Source of the DNA: Eledone cirrhosa
Lineage: Eukaryota
Assembly: GCA_964016885.1 (NCBI GenBank)
Contig: OZ024750.1
Span: forward strand, 38,688,001-38,752,000
Direction: 5' to 3'
DNA length: 64,000 nucleotides
The notes under the pieces were generated by a model. The model saw only the letters and a list, made by a program, of their open reading frames with translations. It was not told the DNA's origin and made no database searches. Of this stretch, positions 1 through 11,500 are shown in pieces. Made by a program: the position numbers and the translations under genes. How positions within the stretch are numbered: position 1 is the stretch's first letter; each line of letters begins with the position of its first letter.

Positions 1-3000
1 GACTAGTAATGTAGGTACAGGACAGTGTGTAGTAATGTAGGGACTGGACAGTGACTAGTAATGTAGGTACAGGACAGTGTCTAGTAGAGTAGGTACAGGA
101 CAGTGTCTAGTAATGTAGGTACAGGACAGTGACTAGTAATGTAGGTACAGGACAGTGTCTAGTAATGTAGGTACTGGACAGTGTCTAGTAATGTAGGTAC
201 TGGACAGTGTCTAGTAGTGTAGGTACAGGACAGTGTCTAGTAATGTAGGTACTGGACAGTGTCTAGTAGTGTAGGTACAGGACAGTGTCTAGTAATGTAG
301 GTACTGGACAGTGTCTAGTAGTGTAGGTACAGGACAGTGTCTAGTAATGTAGGTACAGGACAGTGTCTAGAAATGTAAGTACTTGACAGTGACTAGTAAT
401 GTAGGTACAGGACAGTGTCTAGTAATGTAGGTACTGGACAGTGTCTAGTAGTGTAGGTACAGGACAGTGTCTAGTAATGTAGGTACAGGACAGTGTCTAG
501 TAATGTAGGTACAGGACAGTGACTAGTAATGTAGGTACAGGACAGTGTCTAGTAATGTAGGTACTTCACAGTGACTAGTAATGTAGGTACAGGATAGTGT
601 CTAGTAATGTAGGTACAGGACAGTTTCTAGTAATGTAGGTACTTGACAGTGACTAGTAATGTAGGTACAGGACAGTGTCTAGTAATATAGGTACAGGACA
701 GTGTCTAGTAATGTAGGTACAGGACAGTGACTAGTAATGTAGGTACAGGACAGTGTCTAGTAATGTAGGTACTTGACAGTGACTAGTAATGTAGGTACAG
801 GTCAGTGTCTAGTAATGTAGGTACAGGACAGTGTCTAGTAATGTAGGTACAGGTCAGTGTCTAGTAATGTAGGTACTGGACAGTGTCTAGTAATGTAGGT
901 ACTGGACAGTGTCTAGTAGTGTAGGTACAGGACAGTGTCTAGTAATGTAGGTACAGGATAGTGTCTAGTAAAGTAGGTACAGGATAGTGTCTAGTAATGT
1001 AGGTACAGGACAGTATCTAGTAATGTAGGTACAGGACAGTGACTAGTAATGTAGGTACAGGACAGTGTCTAGTAATGTAGGTACTGGACAGTGTCTAGTA
1101 ATGTAGGTACAGGACAGTGTCTAGTAATGTAGGTACTTGACAGTGACTAGTAATGTAGGTACAGGACAGTGTCTAGTAATGTAGGTACTGGACAGTGACT
1201 AGTAATGTAGGTACAGGACAGTGTCTAGTAATGTAGGTACTTGACAGTGACTAGTAATGTAGGTACAGGACAGTGTCTAGTAATGTAGGTATAGGCCAGT
1301 GTCTAGTAATGTAGGTACAGGACAGTGTCTAGTAATGTAGGTACAGGACAGTGTCTAGTAGTGTAGGTACAGGACAGTGTCTAGTAGTGTAGGTACAGGA
1401 CAGTGTCTAGTAATGTAGGTACAGGACAGTGTCTAGTAGTGTAGGTACTTGACAGTGACTAGTAATGTAGGTACAGGACAGTGTCTAGTAATGTATGTAC
1501 TGGACAGTGTCTAGTAGTGTAGGTACAGGACAGTGACTAGTAATGTAGGTACAGGACAGTGTCTAGTAATGTAGGTACAGGACAGTGTCTAGTAATGTAG
1601 GTACTTGACAGTGTCTAGTAATGTAGGTACTTGACAGTGACTAGTAATGTAGGTACAGCACAGTGTCTAGTAGTGTAGGTACTGGACAGTGTCTAGTAGT
1701 GTAGGTACAGGACAGTGTCTAGTAATGTAGGTACTTCACAGTGACTAGTAATGTAGGTACAGGACAGTGTCTAGTAATGTAGGTACTGGACAGTGTCTAG
1801 TAGTGTAGGTACAGGACAGTGTCTAGTAATGTAGGTACTGGACAGTGTCTAGTAGTGTAGGTACAGGACAGTGACTAGTAATGTAGGTACAGGACAGTGT
1901 CTAGTAATGTAGGTACTTGACAGTAACTAGTAATGTAGGTACAGGACAGTGTCTAGTAATGTAGGTACAGGACAGTGTCTAGTAGTGTAGGTACAGGACA
2001 GTGTCTAGTAGTGTAGGTACAGGACAGTGTCTAGTAGTGTAGGTACTGGACAGTGTCTAGTAGTGTAGGTACAGGACAGTGTCTAGTAATGTAGGTACTG
2101 GACAGTGACTAGTAATGTAGGTACAGGACAGTGTCTAGTAATGTAAGTACAGGACAGTGTCTAGTAGTGTAGGTACTTGACAGTGACTAGTAATGTAGGT
2201 ACAGGTCAGTGTCTAGTAATGTATGTACAGGACAGTGTCTAGTAATGTAGGTACTTGACAGTGACTAGTAATGTAGGTACAGGTCAGTGTCTAGTAATGT
2301 AGGTACAGGACAGTGTCTAGTAATGTAGGTACAGGACAGTGTCTAGTAATGTAGGTACTGGACAGTGTCTAGTAATGTAGGTACTGGACAGTGTCTAGTA
2401 GTGTAGGTACAGGACAGTGTCTAGTAATGTAGGTACAGGATAGTGTCTAGTAATGTAGGTACAGGTCAGTGTCTAGTAATGTAGGTACAGGACAGTGTCT
2501 AGTAATGTAGGTACAGGTCAGTGTCTAGTAATGTAGGTACTGGACAGTGTCTAGTAATGTAGGTACTGGACAGTGTCTAGTAGTGTAGGTACAGGACAGT
2601 GTCTAGTAATGTAGGTACAGGATAGTGTCTAGTAATGTAGGTACAGGATAATGTCTAGTAATGTAGGTACATGACAGTATCTAGTAATGTAGGTACAGGA
2701 CAGTGACTAGTAATGTAGGTACCGGACAGTGTCTAGTAATGTAGGTACTGGACAGTGTCTAGTAATGTAGGTACAGGACAGTGTCTAGTAATGTAGGTAC
2801 TTGACAGTGACTAGTAATGTAGGTACAGGACAGTGTCTAGTAATGTAGGTACTGGACAGTGACTAGTAATGTAGGTACAGGACAGTGTCTAGTAGTGTAG
2901 GTACAGGACAGTGTCTAGTAATGTAGGTACAGGACAGTGTCTAGTAATGTAGGTACAGGACAGTGACTAGTAATGTAGGTACAGGACAGTGTCTAGTAAT

Positions 3001-6000
3001 GTAGGTACTTCACAGTGACTAGTAATGTAGGTACAGGATAGTGTCTAGTAATGTAGGTACAGGACAGTGTCTAGTAATGTAGGTACTTGACAGTGACTAG
3101 TAATGTAGGTACAGGACAGTGTCTAGTAATATAGGTACAGGACAGTGTCTAGTAATGTAGGTACAGGACAGTGACTAGTAATGTAGGTACAGGACAGTGT
3201 CTAGTAATGTAGGTACAGGTCAGTGTCTAGTAATGTAGGTACTCGACAGTGTCTAGTAATGTAGGTACTGGACAGTGTCTAGTAGTGTAGGTACAGGACA
3301 GTGTCTAGTAATGTAGGTACAGGACAGTGTCTAGTAATGTAGGTACTGGACAGTGTCTAGTAATGTAGGTACAGGACAGTGTCTAGTAATGTAGGTACTT
3401 GACAGTGACTAGTAATGTAGGTACAGGACAGTGTCTAGTAATGTAGGTACTGGACAGTGACTAGTAATGTAGGTACAGGACAGTGTCTAGTAATGTAGGT
3501 ACTTGACAGTGACTAGTAATGTAGGTACAGGACAGTGTCTAGTAATGTAGGTATAGGCCAGTGTCTAGTAATGTAGGTACAGGACAGTGTCTAGTAATGT
3601 AGGTACAGGACAGTGTCTAGTAGTGTAGGTACAGGACAGTGTCTAGTAGTGTAGTTACAGGACAGTGTTTAGTAATGTAGGTACAGGACAGTGTCTAGTA
3701 GTGTAGGTACTTGACAGTGACTAGTAATGTAGGTACAGGACAGTGTTTAGTAATGTATGTACTGGACAGTGTCTAGTAGTGTAGGTACAGGACAGTGACT
3801 AGTAATGTAGGTACAGGACAGTGTCTAGTAATGTAGGTACAGGACAGTGTCTAGTAATGTAGGTACTTGACAGTGTCTAGTAATGTAGGTACTTGACAGT
3901 GACTAGTAATGTAGGTACAGCACAGTGTCTAGTAGTGTAGGTACTGGACAGTGTCTAGTAGTGTAGGTACAGGACAGTGTCTAGTAATGTAGGTACTTCA
4001 CAGTGACTAGTAATGTAGGTACAGGACAGTGTCTAGTAATGTAGGTACTGGACAGTGTCTAGTAGTGTAGGTACAGGACAGTGTCTAGTAATGTAGGTAC
4101 TGGACAGTGTCTAGTAGTGTAGGTACAGGACAGTGACTAGTAATGTAGGTACAGGACAGTGTCTAGTAATGTAGGTACTTGACAGTAACTAGTAATGTAG
4201 GTACAGGACAGTGTCTAGTAATGTAGGTACAGGACAGTGTCTAGTAGTGTAGGTACAGGACAGTGTCTAGTAGTGTAGGTACAGGACAGTGTCTAGTAGT
4301 GTAGGTACTGGACAGTGTCTAGTAGTGTAGGTACAGGACAGTGTCTAGTAATGTAGGTACTGGACAGTGACTAGTAATGTAGGTACAGGACAGTGTCTAG
4401 TAATGTAAGTACAGGACAGTGTCTAGTAGTGTAGGTACTTGACAGTGACTAGTAATGTAGGTACAGGTCAGTGTCTAGTAATGTAGGTACAGGACAGTGT
4501 CTAGTAATGTAGGTACTTGACAGTGACTAGTAATGTAGGTACAGGTCAGTGTCTAGTAATGTAGGTACAGGACAGTGTCTAGTAATGTAGGTACAGGACA
4601 GTGTCTAGTAATGTAGGTACTGGACAGTGTCTAGTAATGTAGGTACTGGACAGTGTCTAGTAGTGTAGGTACAGGACAGTGTCTAGTAATGTAGGTACAG
4701 GATAGTGTCTAGTAATGTAGGTACAGGATAGTGTCTAGTAATGTAGGTACAGGACAGTGTCTAGTAATGTAGGTACTGGACAGTGTCTAGTAATGTAGGT
4801 ACAAGACAGTGTCTAGTAATGTAGGTACTTGACAGTGACTAGTAATGTAGGTACAGGACAGTGTCTAGTAATGTAGGTACTGGACAGTGTCTAGTAATGT
4901 AGGTACAAGACAGTGTCTAGTAATGTAGGTACTTGACAGTGACTAGTAATGTAGGTACAGGACAGTGTCTAGTAATGTAGGTACTGGACAGTGACTAGTA
5001 ATGTAGGTACAGGACAGTGTCTAGTAATGTAGGTACTTGACAGTGACTAGTAATGTAGGTACAGGACAGTGTCTAGTAATGTAGGTACTTGACAGTGACT
5101 AGTAATGTAGGTACAGGACAGTAACTAGTAATGTAGGTACTTGACAGTGACTAGTAATGTAGGTACAGGACAGTGTCTAGTAATGTAGGTACTTGACAGT
5201 GACTAGTAATGTAGGTACAGGATAGTGTCTAGTAATGTAGGTACAGAACAGTGTCTAGTAATGTAGGTACAGGACAGTGTCTAGTAATGTAGGTACAGGA
5301 CAGTGTCTAGTAGTGTAGGTACAGGACAGTGTATAGTAGTGTAGGTACAGGACAGTGTCTAGTAATGTAGGTACAGGACAGTGTCTAGTAATGTAGGTAT
5401 AGGACAGTGTCTAGTAGTGTAGGTACAGGACAGTGACTAGTAATGTAGGTAGAGGACAGTGTCTAGTAATGTAGGTACAGGACAGTGTCTAGTAATGTAG
5501 GTACAGGACAGTGTCTAGTAATGTAGGTACAGAACAGTGTCTAGTAATGTAGGTACAGGACAGTGTCTAGTAATGTAGGTATAGGACAGTGTCTAGTAGT
5601 GTAGGTACAGGACAGTGACTAGTAATGTAGGTAGAGGACAGTGTCTAGTAATGTAGGTACAGGACAGTGTCTAGTAATGTAGGTACTTGTCAGTGACTAG
5701 TAATGTATGTACAGGATAGTGTCTAGTAATGTAGGTACAGGACAGTGTCTAGTAATGTAGGTACTTGACAGTGACTAGTAATGTAGGTACAGGACAGTGT
5801 CTAGTAATGTAGGTACTTGACAGTGACTAGTAATGTAGGTACAGGATAGTGTCTAGTAATGTAGGTACAGGACAGTGTCTAGTAATGTAGGTACTTGACA
5901 GTGACTAGTAATGTAGGTACAGGACAGTGTCTAGTAATGTAGGTACTAGACAGTGTCTAGTAGTGTAGGTACAGGACAGTGTCTAGTAATGTAGGTACAG

Positions 6001-8545
6001 GATAGTGTCTAGTAATGTAGGTACTTGACAGTGACTAGTAGTGTAGGTACAGGACAGTGTCTAGTAATGTAGGTACTGGACAGTGTCTAGTAATGTAGGT
6101 ACAGGACAGTGTCTAGTAATGTAGGTACAGGACAGTGTCTAGTAATGTAGGTACTTGACAGTGACTAGTAATGTAGGTACTGGACAGTGACTACTAGAGT
6201 ACGTACAGGACAGTGTCTAGTAATGTAGGTACAGGACACTGTCTAGTAGTGTAGGTACAGGACAGTGACTAGTAATGTAGGTACAGGACAGTGTCTAGTA
6301 ATGTAGGTACAGGAGAGTGTCTAGTAGTGTAGGTACAGGACAGTAACTAGTAATGTAGGTACAGGACAGTGTCTAATAATGTAGGTACAGGGCAGTGTCT
6401 AGTAACGTAGGGACTGGACAGTGACTAGTAATGTAGGTACAGGACAGTGTCTAATAATGTAGGTACAGGACAGTGTTTAGTAGTGTAGGTACAGGACAGT
6501 GTCTAGTAATGTAGGTACAGGACAGTGTCTAGTAATGTAGGTACTGGACAGTGACTAGTAGAGTACGTACAGGACAGTGTCTAGTAATGTAGGTACAGGA
6601 CAGTGTCTAGTAGTGTAGGTACAGGACAGTGACTAGTAATGTAGGTACAGGACAGTGTCTAGTAATGTAGGGACTGGAGAGTGACTAGTAATGTAGGTAC
6701 AGGACAGTGTCTAGTAGAGTAGGTACAGGACAGTGTCTAGTAATATAGGTACTGGACAGTGTCTAGTAGTGTAGGTACTGGACAGTGTCTAGTAGTGTAG
6801 GTACAGGACAGTGTCTAGTAGTGTAGGTACAGGACAGTGTCTAGTAATGTAGGGACTGGACAGTGACTAGTAATGTAGGTACAGGACAGTGTCTAGTCGT
6901 GTAGGTACAGGACAGTGTCTAGTAATGTAGGTACTTGACAGTGTCTAGTAGTGTAGGTACAGGACAGTGTCTAGTAGTGTAGGTACTGGACAGTGTCTAG
7001 TAGTGTAGCTACAGGACAGTGTCTAGTAATGTAGGGACTAGACAGTGACTAGTAATGTAGGTACAGGACAGTGTCTAGTAATGTAGGTACAGGACAGTGT
7101 CTAGTAGTGTAGGTACAGGACAGTGACTAGTAATGTAGGTACAGGACAGTGTCTAGTAATGTAGGTACAGGATAGTGTCTAGTAATGTAGGTACAGGACA
7201 GTGTCTAGTAGAGTAGGTACAGGACAGTGTCTAGTAAGGTAGGTACTTGACAGTGACTAGTAATGTAGGTACAGGACAGTGTGTAGTAATGTAGGGACTG
7301 GAGAGTGACTAGTAATGTAGGTACAGGACAGTGTCTAGTAGAGTAGGTACAGGACAGTGTCTAGTAATGTAGGTACAGGACAGTGACTAGTAATGTAGGT
7401 ACAGGACAGTGTCTAGTAATGTAGGTACTGGACAGTGTCTAGTAATGTAGGTACTGGACAGTGTCTAGTAGTGTAGGTACAGGACAGTGTCTAGTAATGT
7501 AGGTACTGGACAGTGTCTAGTAGTGTAGGTACAGGACAGTGTCTAGTAATGTAGGTACTGGACAGTGTCTAGTAGTGTAGGTACAGGACAGTGTCTAGTA
7601 ATGTAGGTACAGGACAGTGTCTAGAAATGTAAGTACTTGACAGTGACTAGTAATGTAGGTACAGGACAGTGTCTAGTAATGTAGGTACTGGACAGTGTCT
7701 AGTAGTGTAGGTACAGGACAGTGTCTAGTAATGTAGGTACAGGACAGTGTCTAGTAATGTAGGTACAGGACAGTGACTAGTAATGTAGGTACAGGACAGT
7801 GTCTAGTAATGTAGGTACTTCACAGTGACTAGTAATGTAGGTACAGGATAGTGTCTAGTAATGTAGGTACAGGACAGTGTCTAGTAATGTAGGTACTTGA
7901 CAGTGACTAGTAATGTAGGTACAGGACAGTGTCTAGTAATATAGGTACAGGACAGTGTCTAGTAATGTAGGTACAGGACAGTGACTAGTAATGTAGGTAC
8001 AGGACAGTGTCTAGTAATGTAGGTACTTGACAGTGACTAGTAATGTAGGTACAGGTCAGTGTCTAGTAATGTAGGTACAGGACAGTGTCTAGTAATGTAG
8101 GTACAGGTCAGTGTCTAGTAATGTAGGTACTGGACAGTGTCTAGTAATGTAGGTACTGGACAGTGTCTAGTAGTGTAGGTACAGGACAGTGTCTAGTAAT
8201 GTAGGTACAGGATAGTGTCTAGTAATGTAGGTACAGGATAGTGTCTAGTAATGTAGGTACAGGACAGTATCTAGTAATGTAGGTACAGGACAGTGACTAG
8301 TAATGTAGGTACAGGACAGTGTCTAGTAATGTAGGTACTGGACAGTGTCTAGTAATGTAGGTACAGGACAGTGTCTAGTAATGTAGGTACTTGACAGTGA
8401 CTAGTAATGTAGGTACAGGACAGTGTCTAGTAATGTAGGTACTGGACAGTGACTAGTAATGTAGGTACAGGACAGTGTCTAGTAATGTAGGTACTTGACA
8501 GTGACTAGTAATGTAGGTACAGGACAGTGTCTAGTAATGTAGGTA
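1..8545 (+). repeat. Duplicated block: 1-~1291 repeated at 7255-~8545 (offset 7254 = 279 units)
   Basis: Same rare variants in the same order: GTGTAGT/GGGACTGG at the start, CTAGAAATGTAAGT (371 vs 7625), TTCAC, AATATAGG, GGTCAGT twice, CAGTATCT. The copies diverge at 1291/8545. Confidence 0.9.
1045..4727 (+). repeat. Duplicated block: ~1045-2465 repeated at ~3307-4727 (offset 2262 = 87 units)
   Basis: ATAGGCC at 1291 and 3553, CAGTAACT at 1921 and 4183, plus shared TATGTAC, AGCAC, TTCAC and TAAGTAC variants at the same offset. Confidence 0.9.
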
Positions 8546-11500
8546 CTTGACAGTGACTAGTAATGTAAGTACAGGATAGTGTCTAGTAATGTAGGTACAG
8601 GACAGTGTCTAGTAATGTAGGTACAGGACAGTGTCTAGTAATGTAGGTACAGGACAGTGTCTAGTCATGTAGGTACTGGACAGTGACTAGTAGTGTAGGT
8701 ACAGGACAGTGTCTAGTAATGTAGGTACAGGAAAGTGTCTAGTAATGTAGGTACTTGACAGTGACTAGTAATGTAGGTACAGGATAGTGTCTAGTAATGT
8801 AGGTACAGGACAGTGTCTAGTAATGTAGGTACAGGACAGTGTCTAGTAATGTAGGTACAGGACAGTGTCTAGTAATGTAAGTATAGGACAGTGTCTAGTA
8901 GTGTAGGTACAGGACAGTGACTAGTAATGTAGGTAGAGGACAGTGTCTAGTAATGTAGGTACAGGACAGTGTCTAGTAATGTAGGTACAGGACAGTGTCT
9001 AGTAATGTGGGTACAGGACCGTGTCTAGTAATGTAGGTACTTGACAGTGACTAGTAATGTAGGTACAGGACAGTGTCTAGTAATGTAGGTAATTGACAGT
9101 GACTAGTAATGTAGGTACAGGATAGTGTCTAGTAATGTAGGTACAGGACAGTGTCTAGTAATGTAGGTACAGGACAGTGTCTAGTAGTGTAGGTACAGGA
9201 CAGTGTCTAGTAATGTAGGTACAGGATAGTGTCTAGTAATGTAGGTACTTGACAGTGACTAGTAATGTAGGTACAGGACAGTGTCTAGTAATGTGGGTAC
9301 AGGACCGTGTCTAGTAATGTAGGTACTTGACAGTGACTAGTAATGTAGGTACAGGACAGTGTCTAGTAATGTAGGTAATTGACAGTGACTAGTAATGTAG
9401 GTACAGGATAGTGTCTAGTAATGTAGGTACAGGACAGTGTCTAGTAATGTAGGTACAGGACAGTGTCTAGTAGTGTAGGTACAGGACAGTGTCTAGTAAT
9501 GTAGGTACAGGATAGTGTCTAGTAATGTAGGTACTTGACAGTGACTAGTAATGTAGGTACAGGACGGTGTCTAGTAATGTAGGTACATGACAGTGTCTAG
9601 TAATGTAGGTACAGGACAGTGTCTAGTAATGTAAGTACAGGACAGTGTCTAGTAGTGTAGGTACAGGACAGTGTCTAGTAACCTAGGTACAGGATAGTGT
9701 CTAGTAATGTAGGTACTTGACAGTGACTAGTAATGTAGGTACAGGACAGTGTCTACTAATGTAGGTACTGGACAGTGTCTAGTAGTGTAGGTACAGGACA
9801 GTGTCTAGTAATGTAGGTACAGGACAGTGTCTAGTAATGTAGGTACAGGACAGTGTCTAGTAATGTAGGTACAGGACAGTGTCTAGTAATGTAGGTACTT
9901 GACAGTGACTAGTAATGTAGGTACAGGACAGTGTCTAGTAATGTAGGTACAGGACAGTGTCTAGTAATGTAGGTATAGGCCAGTGTCTAGTAATGTAGGT
10001 ACAGGACAGTGTCTAGTAATGTAGGTACAGGACAGTGTCTAGTAGTGTAGGTACAGGACAGTGTCTAGTAGTGTAGGTACAGGACAGTGTCTAGTAATGT
10101 AGGTACAGGACAGTGTCTAGTAGTGTAGGTACTTGACAGTGACTAGTAACGTAGGTACAGGACAGTGTCTAGTAATGTATGTACTGGACAGTGTCTAGTA
10201 GTGCAGGTACAGGACAGTGACTAGTAATGTAGGTACAGGACAGTGTCTAGTAATGTAGGTACAGGACAGTGTCTAGTAATGTAGGTACTTGACAGTGTCT
10301 AGTAATGTAGGTACAGGACAGTGTCTAGTAATGTAGGTACTGGACAGTGTCTAGTAGTGTAGGTACAGGACAGTGTCTAGTAATGTAGGTACTTCACAGT
10401 GACTAGTAATGTAGGTACAGGACAGTGTCTAGTAATGTAGGTACTGGACTGTGTCTAGTAGTGTAGGTACAGGACAGTGTCTAGTAATGTAGGTACTGGA
10501 CAGTGTCTAGTAGTGTAGGTACAGGACAGTGTCTAGTAATGTAGGTACTTGACAGTGACTAGTAATGTAGGTACAGCACAGTGTCTAGTAGTGTAGGTAC
10601 TGGACAGTGCCTAGTAATGTAGGTACAGGACAGTGTCTAGTAATGTAGGTACTTCACAGTGACTAGTAATGTAGGTACAGGACAGTGTCTAGTAATGTAG
10701 GTACTGGACAGTGTCTAGTAGTGTAGGTACAGGACAGTGTCTAGTAATGTAGGTACTGGACAGTGTCTAGTAGTGTAGGTACAGGACAGTGACTAGTAAT
10801 GTAGGTACAGGACAGTGTCTAGTAATGTAGGTACTTGACAGTAACTAGTAATGTAGGTACAGGACAGTGTCTAGTAATGTAGGTACAGGACAGTGTCTAG
10901 TAGTGTAGGTACAGGACAGTGTCTAGTAGTGTAGGTACAGGACAGTGTCTAGTAGTGTAGGTACTGGACAGTGTCTAGTAGTGTAGGTACAGGACAGTGT
11001 CTAGTAATGTAGGTACTGGACAGTGACTAGTAATGTAGGTACAGGACAGTGTCTAGTAATGTAGGTACTGGACAGTGACTAGTAATGTAGGTACAGGACA
11101 GTGTCTAGTAATGTAGGTACTTGACAGTGACTAGTAATGTAGGTACTTGACAGTGACTAGTAATGTAGGTACAGGACAGTGTCTAGTAGAGTAGGTACAG
11201 GACAGTGTCTAGTAATGTAGGTACAGGACAGTGTCTAGTAGTGTAGGTACAGGACAGTGACTAGTAATGTAGGTACAGGACAGTGTCTAGTAATGTAGAT
11301 ACTTGACAGTGACTAGTAGTGTAGGTACAGGACAGTGTCTTGTAATATAGGTACAGGACAGTGTCTAGTAATGTAGGTATAGGACAGTGTCTAGTAATGT
11401 AGGTACTGGACAGTGTCTAGTATGTAGGTACAGGACAGTGTCTAGTAGTGTAGGTACAGGACAGTGTCTAGTAATGTAGGTACTGGACAGTGTCTAGTAT

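Noticed and set aside
567-573. V(D)J RSS heptamer CACAGTG in TTCAC and AGCAC variants
   Set aside because: It is one substitution from the consensus GACAGTG, and there is no ACAAAAACC-like nonamer at 12 or 23 bp and no gene segments.
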